From a virus (taxonomy: Duplodnaviria > Heunggongvirae > Uroviricota > Caudoviricetes), in IMG/VR virus record IMGVR_UViG_2703718777_000015: 64,000 nt of DNA. One strand, given 5' to 3'. The notes under the pieces are model-generated. The model saw nothing but the letters and a program-made list of their open reading frames with translations, was not told the origin of the DNA and made no database searches. Position numbers and translations under genes: made by a program. Each line of letters starts with the position of its first letter. The first letter of the stretch is position 1. Shown here in pieces: positions 10,623 to 23,307 of this stretch.

Positions 10623-10639
10623 AAATTAATTAGAGCAAT
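10623..10639 (-). promoter_or_regulatory. C1 repressor operator (ATTGCTCTAATTAATTT)
   Basis: 17-bp match to P1 C1 operator consensus ATTGCTCTAATAAATTT in ssb/lyz intergenic region; approximate coordinates. Confidence 0.5.
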
Positions 10640-10772
10640 AATGTATATCTTTGAAACGTAGCTAACAAGTGATTTGCATTATCCTGTGCCTTCTAAAGGG
10701 ATCGAGTCAGTCGGTATTGGCTGTGAATGAGTGTTTGTCCTGGAGCGTAAAAAATTCGCTTATGAGGTCTTT

Positions 10773-11330
10773 ATGAAGGGAAAAACAGCCGCAGGAGGCG
10801 GTGCAATTTGCGCTATCGCGGTGATGATTACCATCGTGATGGGTAATGGCAATGTGCGAACCAACCAGGCAGGGCTTGAGCTGATTGGTAACGCTGAAGG
10901 TTGCCGACGTGATCCATACATGTGCCCGGCAGGGGTATGGACTGACGGGATCGGTAATACACACGGGGTAACGCCGGGTGTGCGAAAAACAGACCAGCAA
11001 ATCGCCGCTGATTGGGAAAAGAATATCCTGATCGCTGAACGCTGTATTAATCAGCACTTCCGGGGCAAAGACATGCCCGATAATGCCTTCAGTGCAATGA
11101 CAAGCGCGGCATTCAATATGGGATGCAATAGCTTACGAACCTACTACAGCAAAGCGCGAGGCATGCGAGTAGAAACGTCCATCCACAAGTGGGCGCAGAA
11201 AGGGGAATGGGTGAATATGTGTAACCATCTCCCTGATTTCGTGAACAGTAACGGCGTGCCCCTGCGAGGTTTAAAGATTCGCCGTGAAAAAGAACGCCAG
11301 CTTTGCCTGACGGGACTGGTCAATGAATAA
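10773..11330 (+). CDS. lyz: SAR endolysin (T4-lysozyme-like) Lyz
   Basis: ORF 10731..11330; likely start at internal Met giving 185 aa with N-terminal Gly/Ala-rich signal-anchor-release segment and lysozyme catalytic core. Confidence 0.85.
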   Translation: MKGKTAAGGGAICAIAVMITIVMGNGNVRTNQAGLELIGNAEGCRRDPYMCPAGVWTDGIGNTHGVTPGVRKTDQQIAADWEKNILIAERCINQHFRGKDMPDNAFSAMTSAAFNMGCNSLRTYYSKARGMRVETSIHKWAQKGEWVNMCNHLPDFVNSNGVPLRGLKIRREKERQLCLTGLVNE

Positions 11331-11577
11331 ACTCCGGCAGCTCCGCCGACTTTCGACAATGAAGTTATCGCTGGCGGCGATAGTTTTCGACTCGATTTTC
11401 ATGGCGGTATATGTGCTCAATGAGACGTGGCCACTGGAACCGCTATTGTATGCTGGGCTTCGGCTGTGCCTGACATTTTTGAGCATGGCTGCAAGATTGA
11501 TGCAGCAGAAAGAAACCGCTTCAGATTGTCCACGCCGCGCGGTGCGCAAATATATGGCACGCAGGCGAAGGCGATAA
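11323..11577 (+). CDS. Small membrane protein translationally coupled to lyz
   Basis: 84-aa ORF starting inside the lyz stop region (ATGAATAA), one hydrophobic helix and Arg-rich tail. Confidence 0.3.
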   Translation: MNKLRQLRRLSTMKLSLAAIVFDSIFMAVYVLNETWPLEPLLYAGLRLCLTFLSMAARLMQQKETASDCPRRAVRKYMARRRRR

Positions 11578-11588
11578 TAGTTAACGAG

Positions 11589-11617
11589 AACCCCGGCATC
11601 CGCCGGGGTTATTTTTG
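11589..11617 (+). terminator. Rho-independent terminator after lysis gene
   Basis: Hairpin AACCCCGGC-ATCC-GCCGGGGTT followed by ATTTTTGG; approximate coordinates. Confidence 0.6.
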
Positions 11618-11621
11618 GTGG

Positions 11622-14352
<2,731 letters not shown>

Positions 14353-14418
14353 TTAATTAGAATAATTCACATCGTGTTTGAACGGAATTTAACACTAGTC
14401 ACTTGTTAAGGATTACCA

Positions 14419-17400
14419 ATGAACAAGCTATCTATGGGGGTATTTCGCTGTTCAAGTGTCAGCGAAATATTGAAATATATTAGGGCAATAACATCTCACC
14501 GAGCGCCGATTAAATACGGCGTGGAAAAGGTGGAAGGCAAAAGCTATGACCGACTGCGCCGGGAGGCGAATCAGAAGGCGATAGATTTGCTTAATTCGCT
14601 GGTGGACGGCGCGACACTGACAGATGAACAGCGCCAGATCCTGGCTGGGTACACCGGTGAAGGCGGCATTGGCGGGTCCGTCTCCGAATATTACACACCA
14701 AAGCCGATCGCTGAAGGTGTCTGGGAGATCATGAAGCTCTACGGCGCGGACGTAGGTAACACTCTGGAACCATCGGCGGGAACCGGCGTTTTTAATGAGA
14801 CAAAACCGGTTGGTACGGTGATGACCGCGACTGAGATCAGCAGTGTTTCCGGTCGTATAAACCAGTTGTTACACCCGGAAGACAGCGTACAGATTTCCCC
14901 GTTCGAACAGCTGGCTATAAGCACTCCTAACGATTCATTCGACCATGTTGTGGGTAACGTTCCGTTCGGCGGTCGTGATAACACACGCAACATCGATAAG
15001 CCTTACGCAGAAGAAACGGACATGGGTTCTTACTTCATGCTCCGCATGCTGGACAAGATAAAGCCAGGCGGATTCATGTGCGTGATTGTGCCGCCGTCCA
15101 TTGTTTCAGGTTCAAACATGAAGCGGTTACGCCTGCGCTTATCCCGTAAAGCTGAATTTCTTGGCGCTCACCGCTTGCCTACCGGTACTTTTGACGCAAA
15201 CGGGACCAGTACAGTCGTTGATGTGGTGCTGATGCGCAAACATCCGGCAGAGATGGCTGAGAAAATCCCCCTGGTGGATGAAAGCACTCTTGAATCGGCA
15301 AATGTGCTTTGGCCAACGTTTATTTCTGGCAAGTGGTTTGAAAAGGATGGCCGCCGGTTTGTTCATGGTACCCAGGAAAAGGGCTTCCAGGGGCGTATTG
15401 AGGTTCGTGCCGACGGGCAGATTGATAACCAGGCTCTTAAAGCGAAGCTGATTCATCGTTTCGAAAGTCGTATCGACTGGTCTTTGCTCGATATGGCTGA
15501 ACCGTTACCGACCGCAGATGTTGTTGATGAAGGGGAAATGCGCCTGATTAATGGCGTATGGCAAAAATATGCTGGTGGTCGCTGGATTGAAGCTGATGCC
15601 GGGAAGGAACTTAAGATCGATGCTGCCAGTTATGGCGCGGATAGCTGGGAGGCTCTTCAGCGTAACCTGACTACAACAGAAGGCCGTCTCGGCATGACAT
15701 TTACCCAGATGGCAAATGTCCGCGATAAGTACACCACATCAATCAGCGACGATATGGTGCAGCTGGTGGACTGGATTAACAGCCAGCCTGAAAAATACCG
15801 TGAACGCTTGTATCGCGGGGCGATGATTGGCCGGATGTTAATTGAATATCAGGACATGAAGGCCGCCGGGCATAGTGCTGAACAAATCGAACAGCAGCGC
15901 CTTTCTCTGGTATCCCGTTTGCAGGCAGAGATTGACCGTTTTGGTAACCCCGGTCGCGGTCCGATAGCGAAATTATCGGGGAGCGGTGCGCGCGCCTGGT
16001 TTGCTTTCCGTGGTGCAATTAAGCTGGATGGCACTATTTCTGACGAGCTGACAGGAAAGCTGGTTACGCATGATTCCAGCGCAAGTTATGACTCCACCAG
16101 CTATCAGGACACCCTGCGTTATCTCTACAGTGATCTCACTCGCGATCCAATCCAGCTCGATGATTTCCGCCTTGCGTTTACCGGCGAACTGCCAGCCAGT
16201 GATGAAGAGTTGCTTAATTTATTGGCCAGCACCCCTGGTATTGCGGTTTCACCGTATGGCGGGATTGTTCCGTTCGCCCGCGCCACCAGCGGCGACATTA
16301 ACGAGATAGTGGCTCCAAAACAGGAATTCCTTGCCACACTCCCCGACGGTCCAGTAAAGAACAACGTCCTTAATCAGCTGGCAGCGATCGAAGAGAAGCG
16401 CATCAAGACGCCAGCAGAGAATATCCGCTTTAAGCTCAATAGCCGTTGGTTCGACCGCTCCGTCATTCTGGAGTTTTTGCAGGAAAACGGCTATCCGGAT
16501 CTGCGCTATGTGCAGTCAGTGCAGCTGGAAGGCGACGAAATGGTTTCTGACACCTATCACGGTGGTGATGGTCTGTTCGTCGGGCACCGATACGGTGTCG
16601 TCCAGCGCAAGGATAAAGAAACAGGCGAGATCCACTACGAGTGGGACCGTAAATCAGGTGAAAACGCGACCGGGTTCCCGGCACAGCTGGAAAAGTATCT
16701 CAATGGTGCGCGTATCGGTGGCAAAGATAGCGCGACGGCGAACGGCTACCGCGAGCAGATGGCACTGCTTGAGGACCAGTTCAATAAGTGGATCAAGACG
16801 CACGATCGCTACGATGAGCTGGTTGCCAAATACAACGATGTTTTCAATAGCAATATTCCGTATGAACACTCTGGTGATCCGCTTGGGTTGAAGGGATTAA
16901 GCGGTAAGCGTCAGCCATTTGATTACCAGAATAGCGAGGTGCGCCGACTGTCCGAAGATGGGCGCGGCATCCTGGGCTTCGGCACCGGGCTGGGTAAAAC
17001 CACGACCGCGCTGGCGCTTGAGGCGTTCAACTATGAGAACGGTCGTTCCACCCGTACTGCGTATGTAGTGCCTAAATCAGTGCTGGAAAACTGGTATTAC
17101 GAAGCAAAAGAGTTTCTGAGTGAAGAGGCATTCAGTAACTACCTGTTCGTCGGTCTTGATGTGCTGATGGATGGCGATCAGATTCGCCAGGTGCCGGTGC
17201 TCGATGAGAACGGTAAACCTGTCGTTGGTGCAGATGGCACTCCCGTTATGCGCGATGCCCTTAAGCTGGCAGATGAAGCCACTATCACGGCGCGGATGAA
17301 CGCGATCCCGCACTCAAACTACCGTGCAGTCGTGTTTACCAAAGAACAATACGCCCGCATTCCGCTACGTGATGACACCGTAGATGAGCATGCACAAGAC

Positions 17401-20400
17401 ATGCTTTATGACTTCGTTGCTGCCGGGCGTGTGGCCAGCGCAATGGACTCCGATTCCCATCGCAAAGAGGCGGCGCGTCGCCGGGTATTGTCGGAGTATT
17501 CAGATACCGGTACCGAAAAAGCAGAGAAGTATCCGTACTTTGAGGATATGGGCTTCGACAGCGTGATTGCTGACGAAGGCCACAACTACCGCAATAGCTA
17601 TAAAAATGGTCGCGAAGCGTCACAGCTGGCCTATCTGCCCACCAGCGCGGTGGCGCAATCGGCGCGAGATATGGCAATCAAAAACGCGTACCTGATGAAA
17701 AAGAATGGTGGGCGTGGACCGGTTCTCCTGACTGCAACGCCAGTCGTTAACACCCCGATCGATGCATACAACATGCTTTCTCATGTTCTGCCGAAGGAAT
17801 ACTGGCAGAAGATGGGGATCTACGGTCCTGATGACTTCGTTAAATTCTTCGGCAAGACCAGGCTGGAAACGGTACAGAAAATCAGCGGTGAAGTTGAAGA
17901 AAAAATGGCGCTGGTGGGCTTTGAAAACCTTGATGCGCTGCGCGGCATATTCCATCGCTGGACAACGCTTAAAACGGCGGAAGACGTTAAGGATACCGTG
18001 GAGATCCCGGAGCTGGACGAACACCAGCAGGATGCACCACTTACTGAAGAACAACTGGCGGCGTATGAAGAATTGCGTCAGCAGGCGGAAGCGGCGGCCA
18101 AAGCCAACAATGGCGTAACGACCTCGGTCGATGAAGACGGAGTGATTGAGCACGAGAAAGCCCGTCCGATCTTCTCAATAATCAGGGATATGGACCGCGT
18201 ATGTACTGACATGGACCTGTACTATCGCCGGATCACCTATCGTTTCCTGCCGGAGTACGCCGATGCGGTGCAGCAGCTGGCGGACAGTTTGCCCAAACAA
18301 GCCACCAGCGAAGACGACGACAGTGATGATTCAATCACGCAGCAATCGCAATACTCCCTGATAGATAAGGGCGAGTTTATTCAGTTGCAGGTTCCGGAAG
18401 CGTTCGAGCAGGAAGTGAATAAGCGCTTGGCCAAGTTTGGCATTGACGAACAGACCGTAACTCACCCCGTTACGCCCAAATACGTGAAGCTGATCGCCAC
18501 GCTGAAGGAGTTTTTCCCGGAAGGTAAGCAAATCATCTTCACGGACGAAAAAACGCAGCACCAGAAGCTCAAGCGCATTATCTGCAATGCTCTTAACCTT
18601 GAACCTTCAAAGGTGGGGATCCTGAATGCTCAGACGGTTGCCGAGGCAGGTAAAACCGGTAAGAAACTGAAAGCGGTTAAACCGCCGAAAGAGTTACCGG
18701 ATGAACCAACAGATGCACAGATAGCGAAATACAACGAGCAAATGGCTCTGTATGACGCCTATATCGCGCAGCAGAATGAAATGTCGTTGGGCGGTCTGGA
18801 AAAGATTGCAGCCGACTTCCAGGAGGGCCGGACTCCGATCATCATCTGCAACAAAAAGGCAGAGGTGGGTATCAACCTGCATCGAGGAACGACTGACATC
18901 CATCATCTGACGTTGCCATGGACACCAGCCAGTATCGCACAGCGTAACGGTCGCGGTGCCCGAGTTGGCTCCAACCGTGCAAGCGTTCGCGTTCACTACT
19001 ACTGCGGCAAGGGTTCTTTCGATGAATACCGACTGAAGACGCTGAAGCGTAAAGCAGGCTGGATCTCCGATATCCTCCGTTCAGATAAGTCAGAAATGGA
19101 GAACGCCGACGCCAACGATATGATCGAAATGCAGATGTATACCGCTAAGGATGATGGCGAACGTCTGGCAATGATGCAGGTTCAAATGGATAAGGCGAAA
19201 GCCGCGCAACGCGCTCGCCAGAAAGAACAGGCTACTATCGACCTTCAGAACTACATCAAGGCGCAGCACGCAGCTGGCGAGGATGTGGAGGTACTTACCG
19301 CTGAATTAGAGCGAAGCAAAGCGGAACTTGAAAAGACCACCGCCGAGGTAGCTAAATTCAAACAGGCGGTAATGGCCAAAGCAGCTGATAACGCAGACTG
19401 GAAAGCCCGCTGGGGTAGCGTCCATCACACAGACCGTACGTTGTTAGCACAGTATCGCGCGTCGTTGAAAAGCGCCATTCAGCGCAAGGCTAATATCTCT
19501 CAAGCCATCTCCCGCTATGAGAAATTATTGAACCGTACTCAGAAGGCCGCGACGGATATCAAACGCCTGCGCCCGCTGGTGGAGGATGCAATAAATAAAG
19601 GCATTCTGGATGTTGATCCTGACCTGGTTAACCATGCGAGTGGGTTCCTTGTTATCGGCGATCGCTCATGGCGTGTAGGCCAATACTACGATTGTGCCGG
19701 TGATATCGTTCGCATTAAGTCGCTGGACTTCGACAGCCAGCGCGCAGACGTGGAGATTATCTTTACCTTCAAAGGTACCAAATCGGGTAACTGGGATGTG
19801 AAGACGCTGGATAAACAGGTTGATGTAACTCCCGATGAAGATGCTGTTATGCAGAAAATCAGTGGTGGCGTCTCCATCGCCGGGATTAACGACATCATTT
19901 CCTGTGACGATTTCTACCGTTTCCAGCAGCGCGGCATGATCAAAATCACTGACTCATACGGCGTTCAGACTACAGAGTCAGGCTATAGCATCGATTTTGT
20001 TGGTACCTATACGGACCCACTGAAGCATGCGGTTTACCCGGATCGCCGTGACGGCGCGCTGAAGTCGTCAATTGCAAAATGGGTGCTTGGTATGATGTCG
20101 GAAGGGAATAACCGCCAGATCCGTTCGGCAGAAACATTCCTGGTTGAACTGTTTGGCTCCAATTATGGCGATGTAATCGCGTCATACGGAGATACGCTAT
20201 CCCCTGAAGCAATTCAGGAGAAAATAGCGGATGCGATCGCCAGAATGCCGGAAAAAACAAGCCAGGGGGCTACTCGTAACGGGGATTCTGAACTTGAAGT
20301 CACCAATGCCATTTTCGGTACCAATGAGTTCCGGGCGTCAGATTATGAGATCACCACAGCACAGTTTGGCACCATTGGCATTTACAGCAATAAAGACGAG

Positions 20401-21186
20401 ATCAAACAGTCAATGGACGCTGCAAGCGCGCGCATTGCAGCAGAACGCAAAGCCAATCTGAATCATGCAGTTTCCGCGCTGACTCAATCGTGGGTAACAG
20501 CAATCAGGGAGGCCGCCACCACAGGAAAAATCACACCGGCAATTGCGGATGTCGTAAACGACGGCTCTAAATTTATGGATGCCTATAAAATGGATGCGGT
20601 GCAGTTGCCATCAGCCTATGGTCAACTCAGCTATCGCATGACCTACAACCTGGTATCAATGTTTTCCGACCTTGCCATCCTTGGGCTGGTGGATCTTAAC
20701 GAGGTTACGCCGGAATTGCTCAGCATGCGCAAGAATCATGTGGAGATATTGCAGAGAATTAACACGGTTCTTGCTGGGCGCTCCGATGAAGAGAAACAGG
20801 CCGACGCTGATCGGATAAACCTGGCCCTTGGCAACATCACGGAGGAAGAGATTGCCGCCAGAAACGAGAAACAAGAAGAGTTATCATCAATACAGGGTGA
20901 TGCCACCAGCATAGCTCAGTCTCTTGGTCTGAATTATCGCGTATCCACCGCCGACCTGAAGATGATGTACGCACCAAAATTCGCCGCTGGCGAGGTATTT
21001 GGGCTTCAGGAAGCCTCAGGCATGAAAGGCGTTCTTTTCCGTGCGAAAGACGCAATCAAGGCGAAATTCGGCGCTCGCTGGCTGCCAGCGAAGGCGAAGA
21101 ACAGCGATTTCCCGGGTAACTGGTGGATTATCGAGACAAAACACAACGTGGCGGACGTTCTGGCCGTCATCCAACAATACGCATAA
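14419..21186 (+). CDS. darB: DarB antirestriction protein (methyltransferase-helicase fusion, packaged in capsid)
   Basis: 2255-aa ORF; N-terminal N6-methyltransferase-like region and central SF2 helicase motifs (GTGLGKTT, DEGHNYRN). Confidence 0.85.
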   Translation: MNKLSMGVFRCSSVSEILKYIRAITSHRAPIKYGVEKVEGKSYDRLRREANQKAIDLLNSLVDGATLTDEQRQILAGYTGEGGIGGSVSEYYTPKPIAEGVWEIMKLYGADVGNTLEPSAGTGVFNETKPVGTVMTATEISSVSGRINQLLHPEDSVQISPFEQLAISTPNDSFDHVVGNVPFGGRDNTRNIDKPYAEETDMGSYFMLRMLDKIKPGGFMCVIVPPSIVSGSNMKRLRLRLSRKAEFLGAHRLPTGTFDANGTSTVVDVVLMRKHPAEMAEKIPLVDESTLESANVLWPTFISGKWFEKDGRRFVHGTQEKGFQGRIEVRADGQIDNQALKAKLIHRFESRIDWSLLDMAEPLPTADVVDEGEMRLINGVWQKYAGGRWIEADAGKELKIDAASYGADSWEALQRNLTTTEGRLGMTFTQMANVRDKYTTSISDDMVQLVDWINSQPEKYRERLYRGAMIGRMLIEYQDMKAAGHSAEQIEQQRLSLVSRLQAEIDRFGNPGRGPIAKLSGSGARAWFAFRGAIKLDGTISDELTGKLVTHDSSASYDSTSYQDTLRYLYSDLTRDPIQLDDFRLAFTGELPASDEELLNLLASTPGIAVSPYGGIVPFARATSGDINEIVAPKQEFLATLPDGPVKNNVLNQLAAIEEKRIKTPAENIRFKLNSRWFDRSVILEFLQENGYPDLRYVQSVQLEGDEMVSDTYHGGDGLFVGHRYGVVQRKDKETGEIHYEWDRKSGENATGFPAQLEKYLNGARIGGKDSATANGYREQMALLEDQFNKWIKTHDRYDELVAKYNDVFNSNIPYEHSGDPLGLKGLSGKRQPFDYQNSEVRRLSEDGRGILGFGTGLGKTTTALALEAFNYENGRSTRTAYVVPKSVLENWYYEAKEFLSEEAFSNYLFVGLDVLMDGDQIRQVPVLDENGKPVVGADGTPVMRDALKLADEATITARMNAIPHSNYRAVVFTKEQYARIPLRDDTVDEHAQDMLYDFVAAGRVASAMDSDSHRKEAARRRVLSEYSDTGTEKAEKYPYFEDMGFDSVIADEGHNYRNSYKNGREASQLAYLPTSAVAQSARDMAIKNAYLMKKNGGRGPVLLTATPVVNTPIDAYNMLSHVLPKEYWQKMGIYGPDDFVKFFGKTRLETVQKISGEVEEKMALVGFENLDALRGIFHRWTTLKTAEDVKDTVEIPELDEHQQDAPLTEEQLAAYEELRQQAEAAAKANNGVTTSVDEDGVIEHEKARPIFSIIRDMDRVCTDMDLYYRRITYRFLPEYADAVQQLADSLPKQATSEDDDSDDSITQQSQYSLIDKGEFIQLQVPEAFEQEVNKRLAKFGIDEQTVTHPVTPKYVKLIATLKEFFPEGKQIIFTDEKTQHQKLKRIICNALNLEPSKVGILNAQTVAEAGKTGKKLKAVKPPKELPDEPTDAQIAKYNEQMALYDAYIAQQNEMSLGGLEKIAADFQEGRTPIIICNKKAEVGINLHRGTTDIHHLTLPWTPASIAQRNGRGARVGSNRASVRVHYYCGKGSFDEYRLKTLKRKAGWISDILRSDKSEMENADANDMIEMQMYTAKDDGERLAMMQVQMDKAKAAQRARQKEQATIDLQNYIKAQHAAGEDVEVLTAELERSKAELEKTTAEVAKFKQAVMAKAADNADWKARWGSVHHTDRTLLAQYRASLKSAIQRKANISQAISRYEKLLNRTQKAATDIKRLRPLVEDAINKGILDVDPDLVNHASGFLVIGDRSWRVGQYYDCAGDIVRIKSLDFDSQRADVEIIFTFKGTKSGNWDVKTLDKQVDVTPDEDAVMQKISGGVSIAGINDIISCDDFYRFQQRGMIKITDSYGVQTTESGYSIDFVGTYTDPLKHAVYPDRRDGALKSSIAKWVLGMMSEGNNRQIRSAETFLVELFGSNYGDVIASYGDTLSPEAIQEKIADAIARMPEKTSQGATRNGDSELEVTNAIFGTNEFRASDYEITTAQFGTIGIYSNKDEIKQSMDAASARIAAERKANLNHAVSALTQSWVTAIREAATTGKITPAIADVVNDGSKFMDAYKMDAVQLPSAYGQLSYRMTYNLVSMFSDLAILGLVDLNEVTPELLSMRKNHVEILQRINTVLAGRSDEEKQADADRINLALGNITEEEIAARNEKQEELSSIQGDATSIAQSLGLNYRVSTADLKMMYAPKFAAGEVFGLQEASGMKGVLFRAKDAIKAKFGARWLPAKAKNSDFPGNWWIIETKHNVADVLAVIQQYA

Positions 21187-21219
21187 CAGGAGCGCCCGGT
21201 TCGCCGGGCGTCGCATAAT

Positions 21220-21660
21220 ATGGCCACACTATCTGATACAATAAAACCGAATAAAACATATCTTGAGGCGGTACTCCGTACAGCGTTGTTAGGAAAGACA
21301 GAAGACGAATACGTTGATTTCTTCCTGTCAGGGCTACGCGGGCGATTACTGAAAAATCCCCGCCTGTACCGCAGCTATGGTCCATACTGGCCGGAAATTA
21401 AAAAATTATTACTGGAGCGCGGTTATGGTAATTTCGGTCGTCTCGTTGACCGTGACGTTCGCAAAATTTACCGTTATGACCGTCCGGCGCTGACGCTCAT
21501 AGCCGCGACGCTCTACAGCCAGGAGCGTTTTGATAATGGTCAGATATACTCAGCCTGGCATTTACTGCCAGTGCCTGAAGAGGTTGACGACCAGGACTAT
21601 GAGTTTGAGTCTTACGATTTGGAAGTTGAAGCCTTGGCACAGGCTGGAGAGAAAACTTGA
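21220..21660 (+). CDS. ulx: Ulx-like protein downstream of darB
   Basis: 146-aa ORF, darB-ulx-lxc order. Confidence 0.5.
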   Translation: MATLSDTIKPNKTYLEAVLRTALLGKTEDEYVDFFLSGLRGRLLKNPRLYRSYGPYWPEIKKLLLERGYGNFGRLVDRDVRKIYRYDRPALTLIAATLYSQERFDNGQIYSAWHLLPVPEEVDDQDYEFESYDLEVEALAQAGEKT

Positions 21661-21905
21661 AAAAGCGATACTACACAGTAAAGCATGGGACGCTACGAGC
21701 ATTACAAGAGTTTGCTGACAAGCATAACGTTGAGGTGCGCAGGGAAGGGGGAAGTAAAGCTCTGCGCATGTACCGTCCGGACGGAAAATGGCGGACGGTC
21801 GTCGATTTCAAAACTAACAGCGTTCCCCAGGGCGTCCGCGACCGGGCATTCGAGGAATGGGAGCAGATCATCATAGATAACGCATTGCTCCTGAATGCTG
21901 ATTAA
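21657..21905 (+). CDS. lxc: Lxc-like C1 co-repressor
   Basis: 82-aa ORF overlapping ulx stop. Confidence 0.5.
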   Translation: MKKRYYTVKHGTLRALQEFADKHNVEVRREGGSKALRMYRPDGKWRTVVDFKTNSVPQGVRDRAFEEWEQIIIDNALLLNAD

Positions 21906-21910
21906 GAACT

Positions 21911-21937
21911 CTCCGGCCTAGGGAGATTAGGCCGGAG
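21911..21937. terminator. Bidirectional terminator hairpin between lxc and SIR2-like gene
   Basis: Inverted repeat CTCCGGCCTA...TAGGCCGGAG between convergent genes; approximate. Confidence 0.5.
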
Positions 21938-21946
21938 ATAAATATA

Positions 21947-23251
21947 CTATATAAACTTAGATATAATATCGTGAATCTGTTGTAGCGGGATTTCTTCCAT
22001 CTTACTCTTAATAAGAGAGCGGTTAGATGCTGTCAGTGAAGGCCATTTTGTTTTCCAGGCTAGATATGCTCGCCATGAGTAGCCTGTTTCGTAAGGTTTA
22101 TTCATATAAGTCATTGAGTGTTCAACCGCATGTATGTATTTTTTCTCAAAGTTGGTTCCTTTTACTTCAAATAAACTACCGAAATAAATAAGCCATTTTG
22201 CCAGGTGTTCATACTGCTCCCATGCGCCAGACTCTTTAGTAAGATCTATTTTTTTATCTATTATATCACAAAAAACATTTAATACCTTTTCATCATTCCA
22301 GCTATATCCAGATGATGAAATGGAGGAAATGATATGATAAAAAGAATCCTCTAACTTCAAGAACTCTATTTTATACTCTCTTCCGTTTTTTATTACCGAT
22401 TTGATTGAGTGCCTCAATTTGTCTTTTATTTTTTTTGCTTCTGGAATTTTCTTGTTAAGTTTTCTAAAGAAATCAGACACCTCTGTTTTATCTATAACCC
22501 TAATCCCAAAGCAGGAAAAATAGTAATCTTTAATAGGTTGCAATAGTTTCCCTCGGGAAATAAGGAAAATATTGGAGGACATTACGTTGTCCCGTGAAAA
22601 TACCTTATATTCATTTATAATCGCCTTGAGGTTCGCGTCACTTAGAGAATAGCCAAGAATAACAATAGTGTTTTCATGTAGAACTGTGCTTAGTTTATTT
22701 GAAAAGTAAGAATTACCATTTATAAATCTGAAATAATCCTCGCTAGTAACAACCATATCTGATGGGGAGTCTATAGAGCCGTGAACATGGTAGACTTTAA
22801 CCTCACAATTATATTTTGGAATTGGCAGGCCGGGGGTGATTGTACACGTTCGATTCTCTCCAGCCAGTTTTTCTGCTAACTTGTCATAATTTGTCGTAAT
22901 TACTTTAAATGTGTTTTCTTTGAAAAAGTCTTGAATATATTCAATTGATGGATCAAGTTCGATTGAGGCTATGATTTTCTCAATCTCCTGGTAAATATTT
23001 TTCCCCGAAAGTATAAATTTTAGTGCAATAACCTGAGCAGCCTCTTCAAGGCTAAGGTCTTTTGCTTTTCCATCAGGAAATAATTCCTCTTTGAGTGAGT
23101 CACCATCCTTCAATAAACCGCACAGTTGCTCCAATAAAGATTGCCAACTTGGGGCTTTATCATCAGAAACAGCCTTTGAAAATCCAGTGCCTGTAAGAAA
23201 GCACAGCCTATGTGTAGCTGCTGCATAGGCAATTTCTATATACTCGCTCAT
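21947..23251 (-). CDS. SIR2_2-family (sirtuin-like) protein with unknown C-terminal domain; candidate NAD-depleting defence effector
   Basis: 434-aa ORF; motifs FLTGTGFS...PSWQSLLEQL, VITTNYDKLAE (N121), VYHVHGS (H157), IVILGYSLSD typical of SIR2_2 domains (ThsA/DSR-like); markedly AT-rich compared with flanks; sits at the P1 res/mod position. Confidence 0.7.
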   Translation of the reverse strand: MSEYIEIAYAAATHRLCFLTGTGFSKAVSDDKAPSWQSLLEQLCGLLKDGDSLKEELFPDGKAKDLSLEEAAQVIALKFILSGKNIYQEIEKIIASIELDPSIEYIQDFFKENTFKVITTNYDKLAEKLAGENRTCTITPGLPIPKYNCEVKVYHVHGSIDSPSDMVVTSEDYFRFINGNSYFSNKLSTVLHENTIVILGYSLSDANLKAIINEYKVFSRDNVMSSNIFLISRGKLLQPIKDYYFSCFGIRVIDKTEVSDFFRKLNKKIPEAKKIKDKLRHSIKSVIKNGREYKIEFLKLEDSFYHIISSISSSGYSWNDEKVLNVFCDIIDKKIDLTKESGAWEQYEHLAKWLIYFGSLFEVKGTNFEKKYIHAVEHSMTYMNKPYETGYSWRAYLAWKTKWPSLTASNRSLIKSKMEEIPLQQIHDIISKFI

Positions 23252-23307
23252 TACTTACTCCATTTACTTATAGTTCTACGGAGAAGTATACCCTAATGCA
23301 TTGACGT

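Noticed and set aside
14739-20874. Many short ORFs antisense to or inside darB
   Set aside because: All are embedded within the 2255-aa darB reading frame and look like frame-shadow ORFs.
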